A DNA stretch of 61,784 nt, filler included, from Sphacelaria rigidula (lineage: Eukaryota), in the NCBI GenBank assembly GCA_964200075.2. It is 11 parts of 11 records of this genome, joined end to end, with 100 filler letters (N's around TTAATTAATTAA, not from the genome) between each part and the next. Parts side by side here need not be neighbours in the genome. Positions count along the whole stretch, not along the records: positions 22,506 to 28,031 come from CAXNAA020026618.1; positions 28,132 to 33,657 come from CAXNAA020026619.1; positions 33,758 to 39,283 come from CAXNAA020026620.1; 8 more parts are not named here. One strand, 5' to 3'. The translations under genes were made by a program, and so were the position numbers. The first letter of the stretch is position 1, and the number at the start of each line of letters is the position of its first letter. The notes beneath the pieces are model-generated. The model ran no database searches, was not told the origin of the DNA, and saw nothing but the letters and a program-made list of their open reading frames with translations. This document shows, piece by piece, positions 22,993-35,064 of the stretch.

Positions 22993-25900
22993 CTCGAGGT
23001 CCCGCCATGCCTTGGTCCAGCCAGTGCTGCCGTCGTATACGTTGGTGTCGTCAATGTCGCCGAGCTTGTTCTCCACAGCATTCCAAGCTGCGTCGAGCTC
23101 CGCCAAGAGTTGCTCGTTGGTCTTTTCCGTTCCATCCGGGTTCAACAAGTTCAACTTATAGGTCGACTCGAAATTTTTCCTGCTGGCCGCCTCGAGCTTG
23201 GCTATCTCCTTCTTCACCTGACTCTCGACCCCAGCCGCATCGAGGTGCGACAGCTCCGCCGGGAAGTTGTTGTTGTTCTCTTCCGCCAGGCCAGCAGCGT
23301 CCCAGATCTTCAGGGCGACCTTCTTCACGTCTTCTTCCGCGTCGTCCAGGGGCAACGGCGACAGTTCAACATCGTCGATGAACCTGATGATGAGCGAAGA
23401 TTGTAGAGCCTTGAGGAACGCTGGGATCGTGCCCTGAGACACCGGGTACGCTGTCTTGAGAAGGTTGATTACCGCAGTCGGAACCTGGCGACAAGCATGG
23501 GACGCGCGGTAGATGCGGCACGTGAACGTCCGCCCGGGACGGAGAAAGTTCTCATTTGTGAAGAAGAGGAAGCTTACCTAAAATATGATTGCATGCATGC
23601 GCTCGAGGTATAGGTTTCGGTTGAGATATACATCGTTGGCACATGAGTGGCAAAACCAGAAGATTGTACGGGTTCGTCACGTCCAACATGGGGTCCACTT
23701 CCATCATGTACTCGTTAACACGAGGGGGGGGAGGGGGGGCTTCTGCGAACGAGACGATTGGGAAACAGGCAACAAGTATAATATATGCACCACTATACAT
23801 GCATTACAGCTGATACTACCTAACGTATCGGTGCCAAAGGGGCGGGTTCAGAGCGGAGATCCGGGGAACATGCATGGCCCACCATAATTAACAACACCGA
23901 GAGGAGTGTAGGGTATGAACGCACAAGGTATAGAACGGTACACTACACACGGTACTCGAACACGGTGGAGCGCTTGCCACAGCAGTAAGGTTCCCCCGAA
24001 AACGTGTGCCACCGGAGAAGTGTCTTACCTCAAGGTTGGGGTCGTCGTTGAGCAGGAAGCCCCAGCGCTTGGCCCGGCGCCTCCATGCCGCCTTGATGAA
24101 CAGGATCGCCAGCTGCGACGATAGAAAAGCACAAAGCATAAAAAACATATATTATGAGGCAACAAGAACGCCGACGTTCGGTCGTGCATACTGTTGCCTG
24201 TGTCTTCAGTCAAGAAACGGCACTGAGCTCTTGCAGTCGTACACACGGAATAAATAGTCGATGTTTGCATAGCGCATTGCCGTCTTCAACCAATAAATAA
24301 CATTCAATCTCGGGGCATTACAGATTTAACCACCGCCTCTTTTAAACGGCCATCTGCCTACCGCGTACAATTTTGGCCCTTACACCGCACCAGCACGATC
24401 CATAATTCGAAGACACAACGTGCAAGCAAATCATCTCACGAAGTTTGACGATCTCCTTCAGACAAAAGAACCCCCATGACTTCTCTTGGAGGCAAAAAAA
24501 CGCCGATAAGAAGTAAAAGCGTGTCGCAACACAGCTATCATGTCGCACCTCGAGCTTAGACCGGATAGGTTCGTCCACAGCCACCCTCGCGGTCCTCTCG
24601 AGCACTGCAGTGACGGGGACCATGGCCTCCAGCCTTCCCCGGTCTGTCACAGCCCATGTAGATGTGTCCGTGAACAGGGCCTCCGCGAATGTCTCCGGAG
24701 TAGCTGTGTTCGGCCCGACGCACTACACCGCACATACCACAAAATACACCGACGGGAGATTCGGAGGCACCGCACACATTCGTTTTGTTCGGGTGTAACG
24801 AAAGGGAGGACGAATGGTTAGCCGGGAACCGAGCGTGAGTGTAGAGGTGGAGCATATACATGGGAAATGTTTTCGTCGTTCTGTAGCCGGTTCATGCGGA
24901 ATTCAAGGGGTGATGTTGGGGTACACTGAACCCTAGTGAGCAGTTGTCCGTAGGTACGTTATTTCGAGCGCCCACGCTGTATCCACTCGGTAAATGTTGA
25001 TCAAAGCGAGTATTTGATTGAGATAGCCAGGGACACCCGACCGAAAAGTTGTCTTGAGCGGTCTTTTTCCTGGGAGTGACTTCATTTGCACCTCTTTTGC
25101 CAACTGTCATCTTTTGCTATTAAACAAAGGCCATCATTGGCGCGCAACAGTGCGCTTTCGGTACGAGGTTGCCCAGTATGTGCAGCAGTTGCAGCATCTG
25201 ACCTTCCTTCTCCCTATTTATTTAGATCGTCGGTGAACCACAGCCTAGGCGATTTTCTTAGTATAAAAAGTGAATGTGACGCCTGACCCAGAACGAACAA
25301 GGTCAAACAGCAAATACAGCATCCATGTCCCCAGCATTGTACTAGAAAAGCACAGAGACCAGCAGAGGAGGCGTCGGTAGACCGACCCCATAGCACAAAT
25401 AACGGCAGGCGGATGGACAAACGGTGGTGGAAAGGGACTACGAGCGACACCCAGACATTCGCAACATTTAATACGCGGCGAAAAACACGAGTCTGAAAAA
25501 GTCACCGCAGCAACACGCAAAACTCAAAATGGCAATAGCTCACCCTGACGTAGCTCTCGTACTGAGCGGTCTCCGTGGCCTCAGAGCTCCCTGCACCTGA
25601 AGACGATTCGTTGACCTGAAGGTTTCAAATAAAGAAGGGGTCGGCGGCGGCCAGAGTGAGGTGATAGTGGTATTGGATACAGTTCATAGCGTCTGCCGCG
25701 CTGCAACAATAAATCTTAATGGTCGTGCGGAGTAAAAGGCCACCCATGGATGAGGAGTGCCCCCCCGAGACGCAGAATTGGGGGTAGATTGCCGAGGATA
25801 TGACAAGGCTGATAAGGAACCCAGCGTCGACAGAACAGCATAAAGCCGCGACCAACGACGTAGAGATCTCTAGCCTCCATGTGTTTTTTCAGTCGCATGT

Positions 25901-27916
25901 CTAGCCTAGACTGCTCAGAGTTTCGCGGTGTGTACATACGACATAGTTACGTTCGCTCACGTGGAGAGCAAGGGCAAACATTCCCGCACCAACCAACTAG
26001 ATCCAAATGAGCGCGGCAGGCTCAACAAGCCAGGTACTCGTACACACGCATTTTACTTGCCGTCGCGATACCCGTGCTGGTGGCTTTTCCGAAAGAAACC
26101 GACGCCTTAGCCCCAAATCCGAGGAACGAGCCACCACCGCCTGCCGTGGTGTTCCTGGATGCACTCTTCACGGATTCGCTAGTTCTGGATGCTGCTGAAA
26201 ACATGCTAACTTCCGAAAACTGTCGTAAAAAACCATGAGCATCGCGGAGCAGGTCGTGGGGAAGAGGTCAGGTCATATGTCAGCAACCGATCGTCGTCAA
26301 TATCTGGGTATGGGATCACAACGATTGGCGGGAATATCGGGGGGGGGGGGAGCAGGCGAGGGGACGCTAGGTAGGGACGGGTTATGAAGAAAAGTAAACA
26401 GCACAGGTCTTCTGCGATGCGGTTTGTTTTGGTCAAGAAAGCACGAAACCAAAAGTGGTCTTCAGCAACGACAAAAATTACGATGAGTAATGATACACTA
26501 GCGATATCGCGATACACATGCACACCAATGGAGACATTAGTACTTGTGAGAGATATCCGTACTGATGACTCACTGCTTTCTCGGTGGTGAGGGTGATGGT
26601 ACTGAAGAAGATGCCTCCGACCTGCAGTATACAAGCCATGCGCAACATCCAAATTGGCATGCGACAAGGGGTGAGTGCACCGTAGAGCACCCAGTGAAAA
26701 CACGACGATGAGGGGAGATACGGGGGGCGGAGGGCGAGGGGTCATGACGTCAGAAAATCGCGCGCGCCTTGACGTATTTTGCAACAGTGGTTTCGTGCCT
26801 GAGGGATAGATTATCGAGCTAGCCGTGCACGATAGAGGGGGCAGCAGGGGGAGCTTGGGGTACGTGTCTCAGATCCACTATGGGAGGGTTAACCATGGAA
26901 GTGGTACTATCTCGAGGTGGTACTGAGCTTTCACATACGCAACCACCCAGTAGCAACGCCGCCACTTTACGGTGACGCCGTTAAAATGTACAAGTGTAGC
27001 GTGAGTTCTAGTATACTAAGAAGATCAAATTTTGAAAGCGTGATCCATGGAATGCAAAGCGCACTTTTTGCTTATTTTCGCTCTCGGTCGACCGTTGAGC
27101 GACTTGAGGTTGTTCCAGTGTGGTCCAGGAATTTGCATGCTTTTGCGCTTGAGGGATCACGGTCCGATAGTCTGAGAGCGGGTTGTGGCATCAGTCAAGC
27201 TTCTGTGAAGCACGCACTCGTTGAGCAATACTTACAGTTTGCCACGATTGTATAACGAGATACATTCTGCGTCATTGCGTAAACAGTGTCAGTTGCACGC
27301 CATGTTATGCCCGAATGAATGGTAAAACATCAATGGTTCAACGAGCTATTTTAGATATCCAACATGTACATCATCGAAAAGCCCCGCGGCGGTGTAACAG
27401 GGTGCTGCTGACACGAAGATATAGGCAATAATCCCCGACAGATCTTGACAATTTTGGAGAGAATGGCCAAACACAAAAATAAAACTGACCTTCAAAAAGG
27501 AGGTTGGGCGTTGCGATGCCGTGTATTCTCGTACGAGTCGTACGAATCCCAGATCCTCAGGCCCTTACTATTCTTTCGCAGTTATTGAATAACACTATTT
27601 GGTAAACATATCTCTTCAGTCTCAAGGGTGTGAATTATTATTAATTGTTCTCCTTGTTCTCCTTGTTCTTCTTGCTATTCTTTCCACACATTAGTCCGAT
27701 CTCTCGAACCCGTGGCCACAGACGTAACCTCGTCTCTTCGAATAAGTATGGCATGCATACACCCCTACCTCCTGACGACCGGTGGAAACATGGGAACCGT
27801 AGCTGTCCAGAAAGGCCTCAGCCATCTCCATGTTGGTGATCTCAAGGGCGCTCTCGAAAGCGTCAGCGTTCATCTCCATCTGGGACACTGGGATACGGAA
27901 AGACCTCATGGGGCAC
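22993..27916 (-). CDS. MACPF-domain protein resembling the N-terminal MACPF-like region of GVIN1/VLIG; partial, exons 27916-27769, 26621-26574, 26219-26057, ~25596-25544, 24722-24549, 24112-24029, 23484-22993
   Basis: Phase-compatible exons give CPMRSFRIPVSQMEM…AEAFLDSYGSHVSTGRQE|VGGIFF…GGGGSFLGFGAKASVSFG…YVR|CVGPNTATPETFAEALFTDTSTWAVTDRG. This includes the MACPF (Y/F)G(S/T)H…GG signature and the GP…TW.V.DRG motif. The junction between exons 3 and 4 is uncertain. Confidence 0.8.
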
Positions 27917-27929
27917 CTGACGTCTGTTT

Positions 27930-27967
<38 letters not shown>

Positions 27968-28187
27968 CCCCCCCCCCCCGCCGACCCCCGGGGACCCCCC
28001 CGGGGCGGGGGGCCGGGGGCGGGCCCTCGGCNNNNNNNNNNNNNNNNNNNNNNNNNNNNNNNNNNNNNNNNNNNNTTAATTAATTAANNNNNNNNNNNNN
28101 NNNNNNNNNNNNNNNNNNNNNNNNNNNNNNNGTTGTGGTGGGGGGCGCTCCAGCGTGCAGAGGGGTGAGGGCGTGCGGGCGGCGGGT

Positions 28188-28223
<36 letters not shown>

Positions 28224-28901
28224 CGTACTCATAAATAAAAGCACCTATAGGTGAGGGTTTCCGCAAAGATTTGATGCTTCAGTGGCTGAATAAGTGTATT
28301 AAATGGAATGGGATGCACAGGGAGTATGCCCGGGTGGGATTTGGCTCGTGCTGGGGTGTATTTGTTTGTGTCGCTCCTGCCTGTTGTTTCGATTGTGGGC
28401 GTCGTTTTTGTCGCCAGCCCCCATCCCGGTTGCGTTGGATGGATGGACGAGCTTTGGTGTATGTGGCACCAGATTTTGCACTAAAAGTGAGAAAAAATGC
28501 GACGAGATGGTGGGATATAGTAAAGGGGGGGCTATGATGTGCACTTTTCCGCGGGAACATGATACATTTGGCCTACATGGGGGTTACCATACGGCTGGAG
28601 CTGCTGTCAGGGGATGTGTAACTGTACGTGCGGTCTCTGGCTTGAACCTTGGCTGTGCGCGAAACGAAAATAAATCAGCCCCTATAGTTATACTCTCTCC
28701 AAAGTCACTGGAACCGTGAAATATGCACTGATGGAATGACGAGGTTGCGCAGAAAAACTGACGCGGCCCGACCTCATCATCGTGCATTCCGGGGTAATGG
28801 TAGAATTGCGTGCGCCACGAGCAAGAGCAGCAAAACTGGCAAAGCCGGCAAACAGCACAGTGCGTCTCTGAAGTCGCCCGACCTCTGTTTTTCCTGGACA
28901 G

Positions 28902-31900
28902 GGTTTCGAAAGCGCGGACGTCACTGGATGGCAGAAGTTCGATGTGAGCCAGTCCCTCAGCACCGGCCAGATCGTGGCGGGCGTCGGCATCATTATGCAG
29001 GGGACTGGTTCGGGTGCTACGGGGTTCTCACTGCTAGATGCTCGATTCGAGGGTGAAATCGTGGCTAATCCCACCGATGTTTTCACTGTGAGTTTTTATG
29101 TTCTGTTCTTGCTTGATGATAGGAAAGGACCTCAAGTGTTCTAGGTACACTCGATTTTTCACGATGAGGTAGTAGATCGGGCGCGATGTCAGATTCTACG
29201 GTATAGACCACGGGTGATTCGTACGCGCACGTCCTTGAGCTCTGCTACGTTGTTGACCGTCACCTTGCACGAATGATGATATATCTATCACTGTCTGTAT
29301 GTACTCATCATACATGTCTTCGGTGCTGACTCGTATATGGTGTAATGGTAGCCTGTTGTTCCCGTGCCAATTTTCACGGTTTCATCTCCTTTTTTGGTGC
29401 AACATATATACCTAGGTCGGCAGCGCACGCATAGAGGGGTGGACCGGCGGCAGATACCCCGATTTTGTGGGATCAGGGACCGGCGACCAGCAGGCCATCC
29501 AGGCTGCGATCTGCGCGGTGAAGAAGGCTTCTTTCGATGGCGTCGACTGTGTAGGAGGCGATCCCGACGCTACCGGGACGGTAAGATTTGGCTTCAACCA
29601 CGCCACTGCGGTAGTGTTTCACTCAAGAACGGTGCTGCGGGAGGCGTTATGTTGCTCGACTGAGTGGATGGATCTCATCCTTGATGATGACCCAGTAAAT
29701 CGCACGGTATGGATTCAAATGGACGTTCAATAATGTGAGGAGACTAGCGTGTCACCGAACGGCACCTGAAGCTGCGGTAGTTGTGCCGGGTTCATTTTTG
29801 CGCCGAGGGTAAATTCTTACTCCGGAGCCCACCCACACTATCATTTAGAAGCCGGTGTCGGCGACGTTCCAGGTGGTCCGGTGAAACAGTTCTTAACGAT
29901 GAAACCAGAGCTGTTTTTTCAACGGGGACAGGTGAAACAGATTCAATCAACCATATTTTGCGAGATCGTGTAGTAAACTGTCTCGCTTTAATTTCACTTG
30001 GAACACTCGACTTACAGCAGCCTCAAGTGTGGATGCTCCCGAATAAGCGCACAGCAAGTTGATGAGCTTACGAACAGAAGGGTGGAAGTTACACCTTTTC
30101 GATCGGGAAGGTTGCACGCGGGTAGCGTTTCGTGGTTGTCAGTGCATTGAAGTGTAACTCGACTGGTTGGATAATGCGAATGTTCCCGGCGTAAAGGTGG
30201 ATGCCTGTCGAGGTCAAGGATTCCCTGATATTCCTCGAAGGTCGACATGCCAACTACGTGTCAAATGGCTACGCTGCGTCTGTTCTTCTGCGTATGTTAC
30301 TCGAAACACGAACGTTTTGCCTGTCGTCTTTTTCGTGCGTATCAGGTGGAGCTATCCATGGGGAGCTACTACATTGACGGGAACATCTTCCTCAAGTCTG
30401 GTGTCCACCTCGAGGGCCAGTAAGAACATCTGTAACACCCTGTGCTTCGACTGCCATGAAACGGATTAGTCGTGTTGTTGTTCACTCCCAGTCACGGGGC
30501 CGGATACATGCGTTGAAGTCAAATTTCAAGTCACAACCGTATATTGGACAAGCCCTGGACATAAGTCCCGCTTGGCGCCATGTAGGCGCCCCGGCCGTTG
30601 TGCATGACGTCACTTTTTCGTGAAAAAGAAACAGACGGGACCTATGCAGGAAGTTGTGCAAAATGTAGGCTCATGTCCACAGCGGATTACTCCACTTGTT
30701 TTGTGATAATTTGAACACTGATAGCGGCCGCTCCTCCTGTGCAGCAGTGCAGTCTAATGTTTACTGGGTGAAGGAGGTATAGGTTTTTTTTCAAATATGT
30801 GCCGGTGTCCATGGGGTACGTTTCTTGTAGATAGGAGTCGGGTACGCATTGGGTGCGTCTTCCGGTTGTGTGACACAGACGTCGCGATCGAGACAGATAG
30901 CAAATCCGAACTGCAGTTCTTGCGGGCGATTTCAACACCCCAAGACAACGTACACTATAGCACATCTTGTTGGCTCGTCTTGTGCTCTTGACTCTGCACG
31001 CGCTCGGGAGAAAAAAGATGCTTCCCTCCCGACCCCGTGGAATTAAAGGGATGCAAAGACCTCCCGTGCATTGCAGATGCACTCCGTCAGTTCAAGCAAA
31101 ACTGTGGCATTCGTTGTCATGACCATATTGTACTATCATCCACACCCCGTGCTCCGTCTCGAAAAGGATGCGTGGTCAATGATCAAACGATCAAGGCAGG
31201 CAACAAATGAGTATGCCCCCTTACCCCCTCCCTCGAAAAACGATGGTTACACTAGGAGATAGATGGTGGCCACAGACGGCGAAACAGGACGGGGATAAGA
31301 TACGTAAAAGGTTTCTGTGCAATGTATGGAAGGTGCGACGAGCAATCAATCAATCATTCAATCAAATCAAGGAAGAAACGTAATGAGCGCCGGAATGTTG
31401 AAGGTGTCTCTACTATGAGCAGGAACGGTACTCCGTCTCGAGAGGGATGCGTGGTCAAAGGTCAAACGACTAAGGCAAGCAACAGATGAGTACGCCACCC
31501 CCCCCCCCAATTTCACCCCCTGCTCGTGCTTCGCCTACATTTTCCCCGCCCTCGCCCCACCTTTCACAACATTAGGTTTTCTATCGACGACGCCCCGAAC
31601 GAGACGCGCTTCATCTTGGAAGAAGGCGCTGGAGGCAAAACCGACGTGGCAGCTATGGTTGTGATCGACGGGGTGACCAATGCAATTGTGAGTGAAGTAT
31701 CTTGAGTTTGGCTATTGCTTGTGTCATAATCGTCGTTAAAGCAAGCGGGCTAGATTCGTCTTTTCTTGGCCTTTGTTTTTTTCAAGTGTCTCCGGTGTCG
31801 CAGGCCGGTTGGTCATCCTCTTTTTTGCCTCGTGATTAGTTGCCCACGGTACAGGATAGGTTTATCCATTGGATTAGTGCAGCAAACGATTCCGTTGACG

Positions 31901-33156
31901 TGCGGATGGTGTCTTGCTCGCTGGGCGGGGGTCTCTCTCCGCTTGTTGTATCGGTTTGATTGGTTCACCAATGTGACGTGGCGGAAATATTGTTGCGGTG
32001 GCAATGTAGTACGTGATGCCCTTTGCGGCATACTCGGACGACTTTGCGGCAAATTTAGTAGTCGATACTCATCGAGGCTCGACGCCGTGTATGGTGAAGA
32101 CTTGCCATTCTTGCCCCGCCGAGACATCAAGCGGCAAATCTCCACGGGTGTTTCCGGCATCCCAAACTGATTATGCTTGCTGCGGGATCTGTACAGCATA
32201 TGTCCCGGGACTCTCGACTCAAAATCTTTCGAGTTTCTTGGTGTGAACAGGAACGCGCCGTCTCACATTTGCTGCGGTGTAAATATCTTACTTCGAAGTA
32301 ATACTTGAAGTCTCAATCGCCATCATTTGGCCGGGACCTCTCTCAATATAAACTGTCACCTTTTGGGTGTCCTCATACGTTCGGTGTGCCCTCCCCCGTT
32401 TGTGCCTGACACTATCGTGAAACCAGGTCGAGGATTTGTTCATATTTGGTCTGTACGAGCCCCCGACCAGTACTGCAGGCCCTGCTGTTGCTGGCCTTGG
32501 ATCTACAGGGATCTCTGTCACGAACTCCGAGGTGAGGCGAAGCAACGTGCGGTGATTCTATATTCGATCAAGCGAGGTAGATGAGCGTAACGGGGTGGGA
32601 AGCACTGACTCTTGTTGCACGATGAAGAGATGTTTTGTTCTGTTTCCCCTCTACGTGGAAGCTGGAGGGCAAAAATGCGCGACATGTACGGACGGCAATC
32701 ACCGTGATTGAGGACCCGTCTCTGCGACATGTCTGGCACCGTGTATCAGACGAAAGCACATACCAAAATGATACCTCCCTCGTGACCATTCACGATGATT
32801 GCTTCCAGGGGTCCTCACTGTATATCCTTTGCGTCGGAGAAGGTTAGGTGTCAAAATTTTCGCGCTCTTCGTGTCTCGCTGACCTGCTCCCCTTCACCCC
32901 TCTTTTTCCCGGTTGCATTCCCGCCACACTGTACTTGTGTTTTGCGATGGCAACGACCATGCAATGACAACGGTCACCCCTACCACCAACACGGCCGCCA
33001 AAATAACGGCAACAACACCCAACAATCAACAACCTACGAAAACTTGAACACACAGGACATCACCTGCAAAGATATCTGGGTGACCAATATCGATGGAGAT
33101 GCCGTCGTGCTGCGGGATTCAGTCAACGTCAACGTGGACGCCGGTCGCTTTGACGA
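28902..33156 (+). CDS. Pectin-lyase-fold (right-handed parallel beta-helix) protein; partial, exons 28902-29087, 29416-29580, 30346-30419, 31576-31687, 32427-32531, 33056-33156
   Basis: All junctions are GT-AG and in phase. DQQAIQAAICAV…GT|VELSMGSYYIDGNIFLKSGVHLEG is the typical beta-helix N-cap, followed by PbH1-like rungs (ISVTNSEDITCKDIWVTNIDGDAVVL). Confidence 0.85.
31149..31508 (+). mobile_element. Two tandem family B LINE 3' fragments, each ending in a C tract
   Basis: 31149-31233 and 31235-31508 both end …AAT/GATGAGTA(C/T)G followed by a C-rich tract. Confidence 0.85.
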
Positions 33157-33496
33157 GTGAGCGGCTTTAGAAATATCCTGGACTCGATATACTTGTCTCT
33201 GTTCGCATACGTTTTCGGTCATGATACCGACTAACTGGATACGATGATCTTCGTCACTCATGAGAACATGCCCAAATATGATTGTTGGCAGTTGCAGTGC
33301 ACCGCATGTCGTTCACCAGCGAGACATGCGCCATGTTGAGTGTGTGTGGCGGTATGACGATTGCGTGGAGTTCTTATTTTGTCTCTCTTCTTACGTGAAT
33401 TCCGCACTATATTGGGGATGAGGCGTGCCACTGCCACTGTACAGGCTCAAGTAGTCACAACAACGTTTTCGATCAATTGCCGCCAAGCTTGTCCTT

Positions 33497-33657
33497 CCCC
33501 CCCCCCCCTCCGAACTATACACGGAGGAACGGGACGTGCTAGAGGGGGAAATACGGGACGTGAACAAACGTGGCATGAAATCGTGTGTAGGGAGAAAACG
33601 ATGGCTATACTAGGGGATAGATGGTGGCCAGAGACGGCGAAACAGGACGGAGATAAA
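33497..33657 (+). mobile_element. 5'-truncated family B LINE fragment preceded by poly(C), cut by the contig end
   Basis: Encodes …REKTMAILGDRWWPETAKQDGDK, the same peptide as 41803-42085. Confidence 0.8.
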
Positions 33658-33757
33658 NNNNNNNNNNNNNNNNNNNNNNNNNNNNNNNNNNNNNNNNNNN
33701 NTTAATTAATTAANNNNNNNNNNNNNNNNNNNNNNNNNNNNNNNNNNNNNNNNNNNN

Positions 33758-33915
33758 CACGGCGCTTCGCGCTTCGTGATTGAGTGCGAGCCTGGTCCGG
33801 CGAAAACCCGGCGAGCTCCGTCCCGGCTTTGTAGGGATACCAGGTCAATGGTCTCATTACTATGGCATCCATAATCATGAGAACACCCCTCCTGCCCCCC
33901 CCTTTCCCCCCTCCC
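33758..33915 (+). mobile_element. Family A element 3' portion with C tract
   Basis: …CCTGGTCCGGCGAAAACCCGGCGAGCTCCGTCCCGGCTTTGTAGGGATACCAGGTCAATGG…ATCATGAGAACACCCC. Confidence 0.85.
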
Positions 33916-34479
33916 CACCGCCCCCCTGGGTTCACCCACGGGACTGCTAGCGATATTACTGTTCCGAGATGAGGTTTAGTCAGGGGGTTCGAATTCTCCC
34001 GTTTACGTAAAATCTACTGCACAATTAACTGCTTTTATCGCAGGCCGACGGCACGATGCTACAGCCAATCACATTTCATTTTTTCAAGGCGTGAATGATC
34101 GCCCGATAGAAAAACACCGAGGAGTCTGGCTCACAATGGCGCACCTATGCAGACGTCAGATTTTGTGGGGAGGGGATTTTTTCCCTCTTCGTTTTTTCAT
34201 TACAGATTCGTTGTTCTCAGTCATCCAAATGTCTGAAAGTGATTCGACATCTGAACATGCTGCTTTTATGCTTTAACTCTCAGGTGAGTATACATGCGTG
34301 TGGACTGCACGAGTGATAACACTATTAGTACGAGTCAAGATATCAACCGGACTGCTCAACCGCGGTATAGCCAGTGGTGCAACTCAAGACAGCACTCAAG
34401 ACAAGGGAAGATCATCAGAAAACCCTGATCTACAAATATGACATATCCTAGACAAAAAAGACTTTCGACTCAGGGGACA

Positions 34480-34720
34480 CACCTTCAGCCCTTGAATAGC
34501 GGGAGTAAGTCATCCATTGAATCGGTATCAATTTCACTCGAAGAAATTATGCATGATCTAGATAAACTACTCTCGCGGTATAAGGGTAAACCCTTTGACC
34601 GCGCGGGTAGGTCACCTGTTGAATAAACATCAAATTCACTTGAAAAAAGTATGCGTGATCGAGACGGACTATCAATACCCGCATCGCGGTCTGAGGGGTA
34701 ACCCTTTGACCGCCCGAGGC
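34480..34720. repeat. Tandem ~105-bp units bounded by AGGGT(T/A)AACCCT; related copies near 21295-21390 and 55085-55195 (possible piggyBac-type mini-elements)
   Basis: Recurring GGGTAAACCCTTTGACCGC and GGTAGT(C/T)CATCT(A/G)…ATCA motifs. Confidence 0.45.
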
Positions 34721-35064
34721 GTCTATTCGTGGAAACGGCATAATTTTCACTCCAAGACGGAGTAAAAATTGATGTAGATCAAACAAATGTACACCTCCGG
34801 CGGTCAAAGTATTAAAATTGCGTGGTAGAGTACATGTTTTCGAACAAGGAATTTTTTTCCCGGCCGCAATCACAGGGAGGAGAATGACTCCATTTTGCAA
34901 AATTCAGACGTGAAAACACGACTAAACATACAGTTGTTGTACCGGGGAATCGTACCTGCAAAGCCAAATTAAAACGAACATGAAAAAATAACGCGGAAAC
35001 ACCTTTCAGTTTGACATAAAATATACCGTTTTTTAGCCATACGGAAAAAAAGCTTCCTACTTAC

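Noticed and set aside
25625..25937. Additional exon of the MACPF gene
   Set aside because: The flanking exons join in phase without it and it shows no matching motif or good donor site; treated as intron
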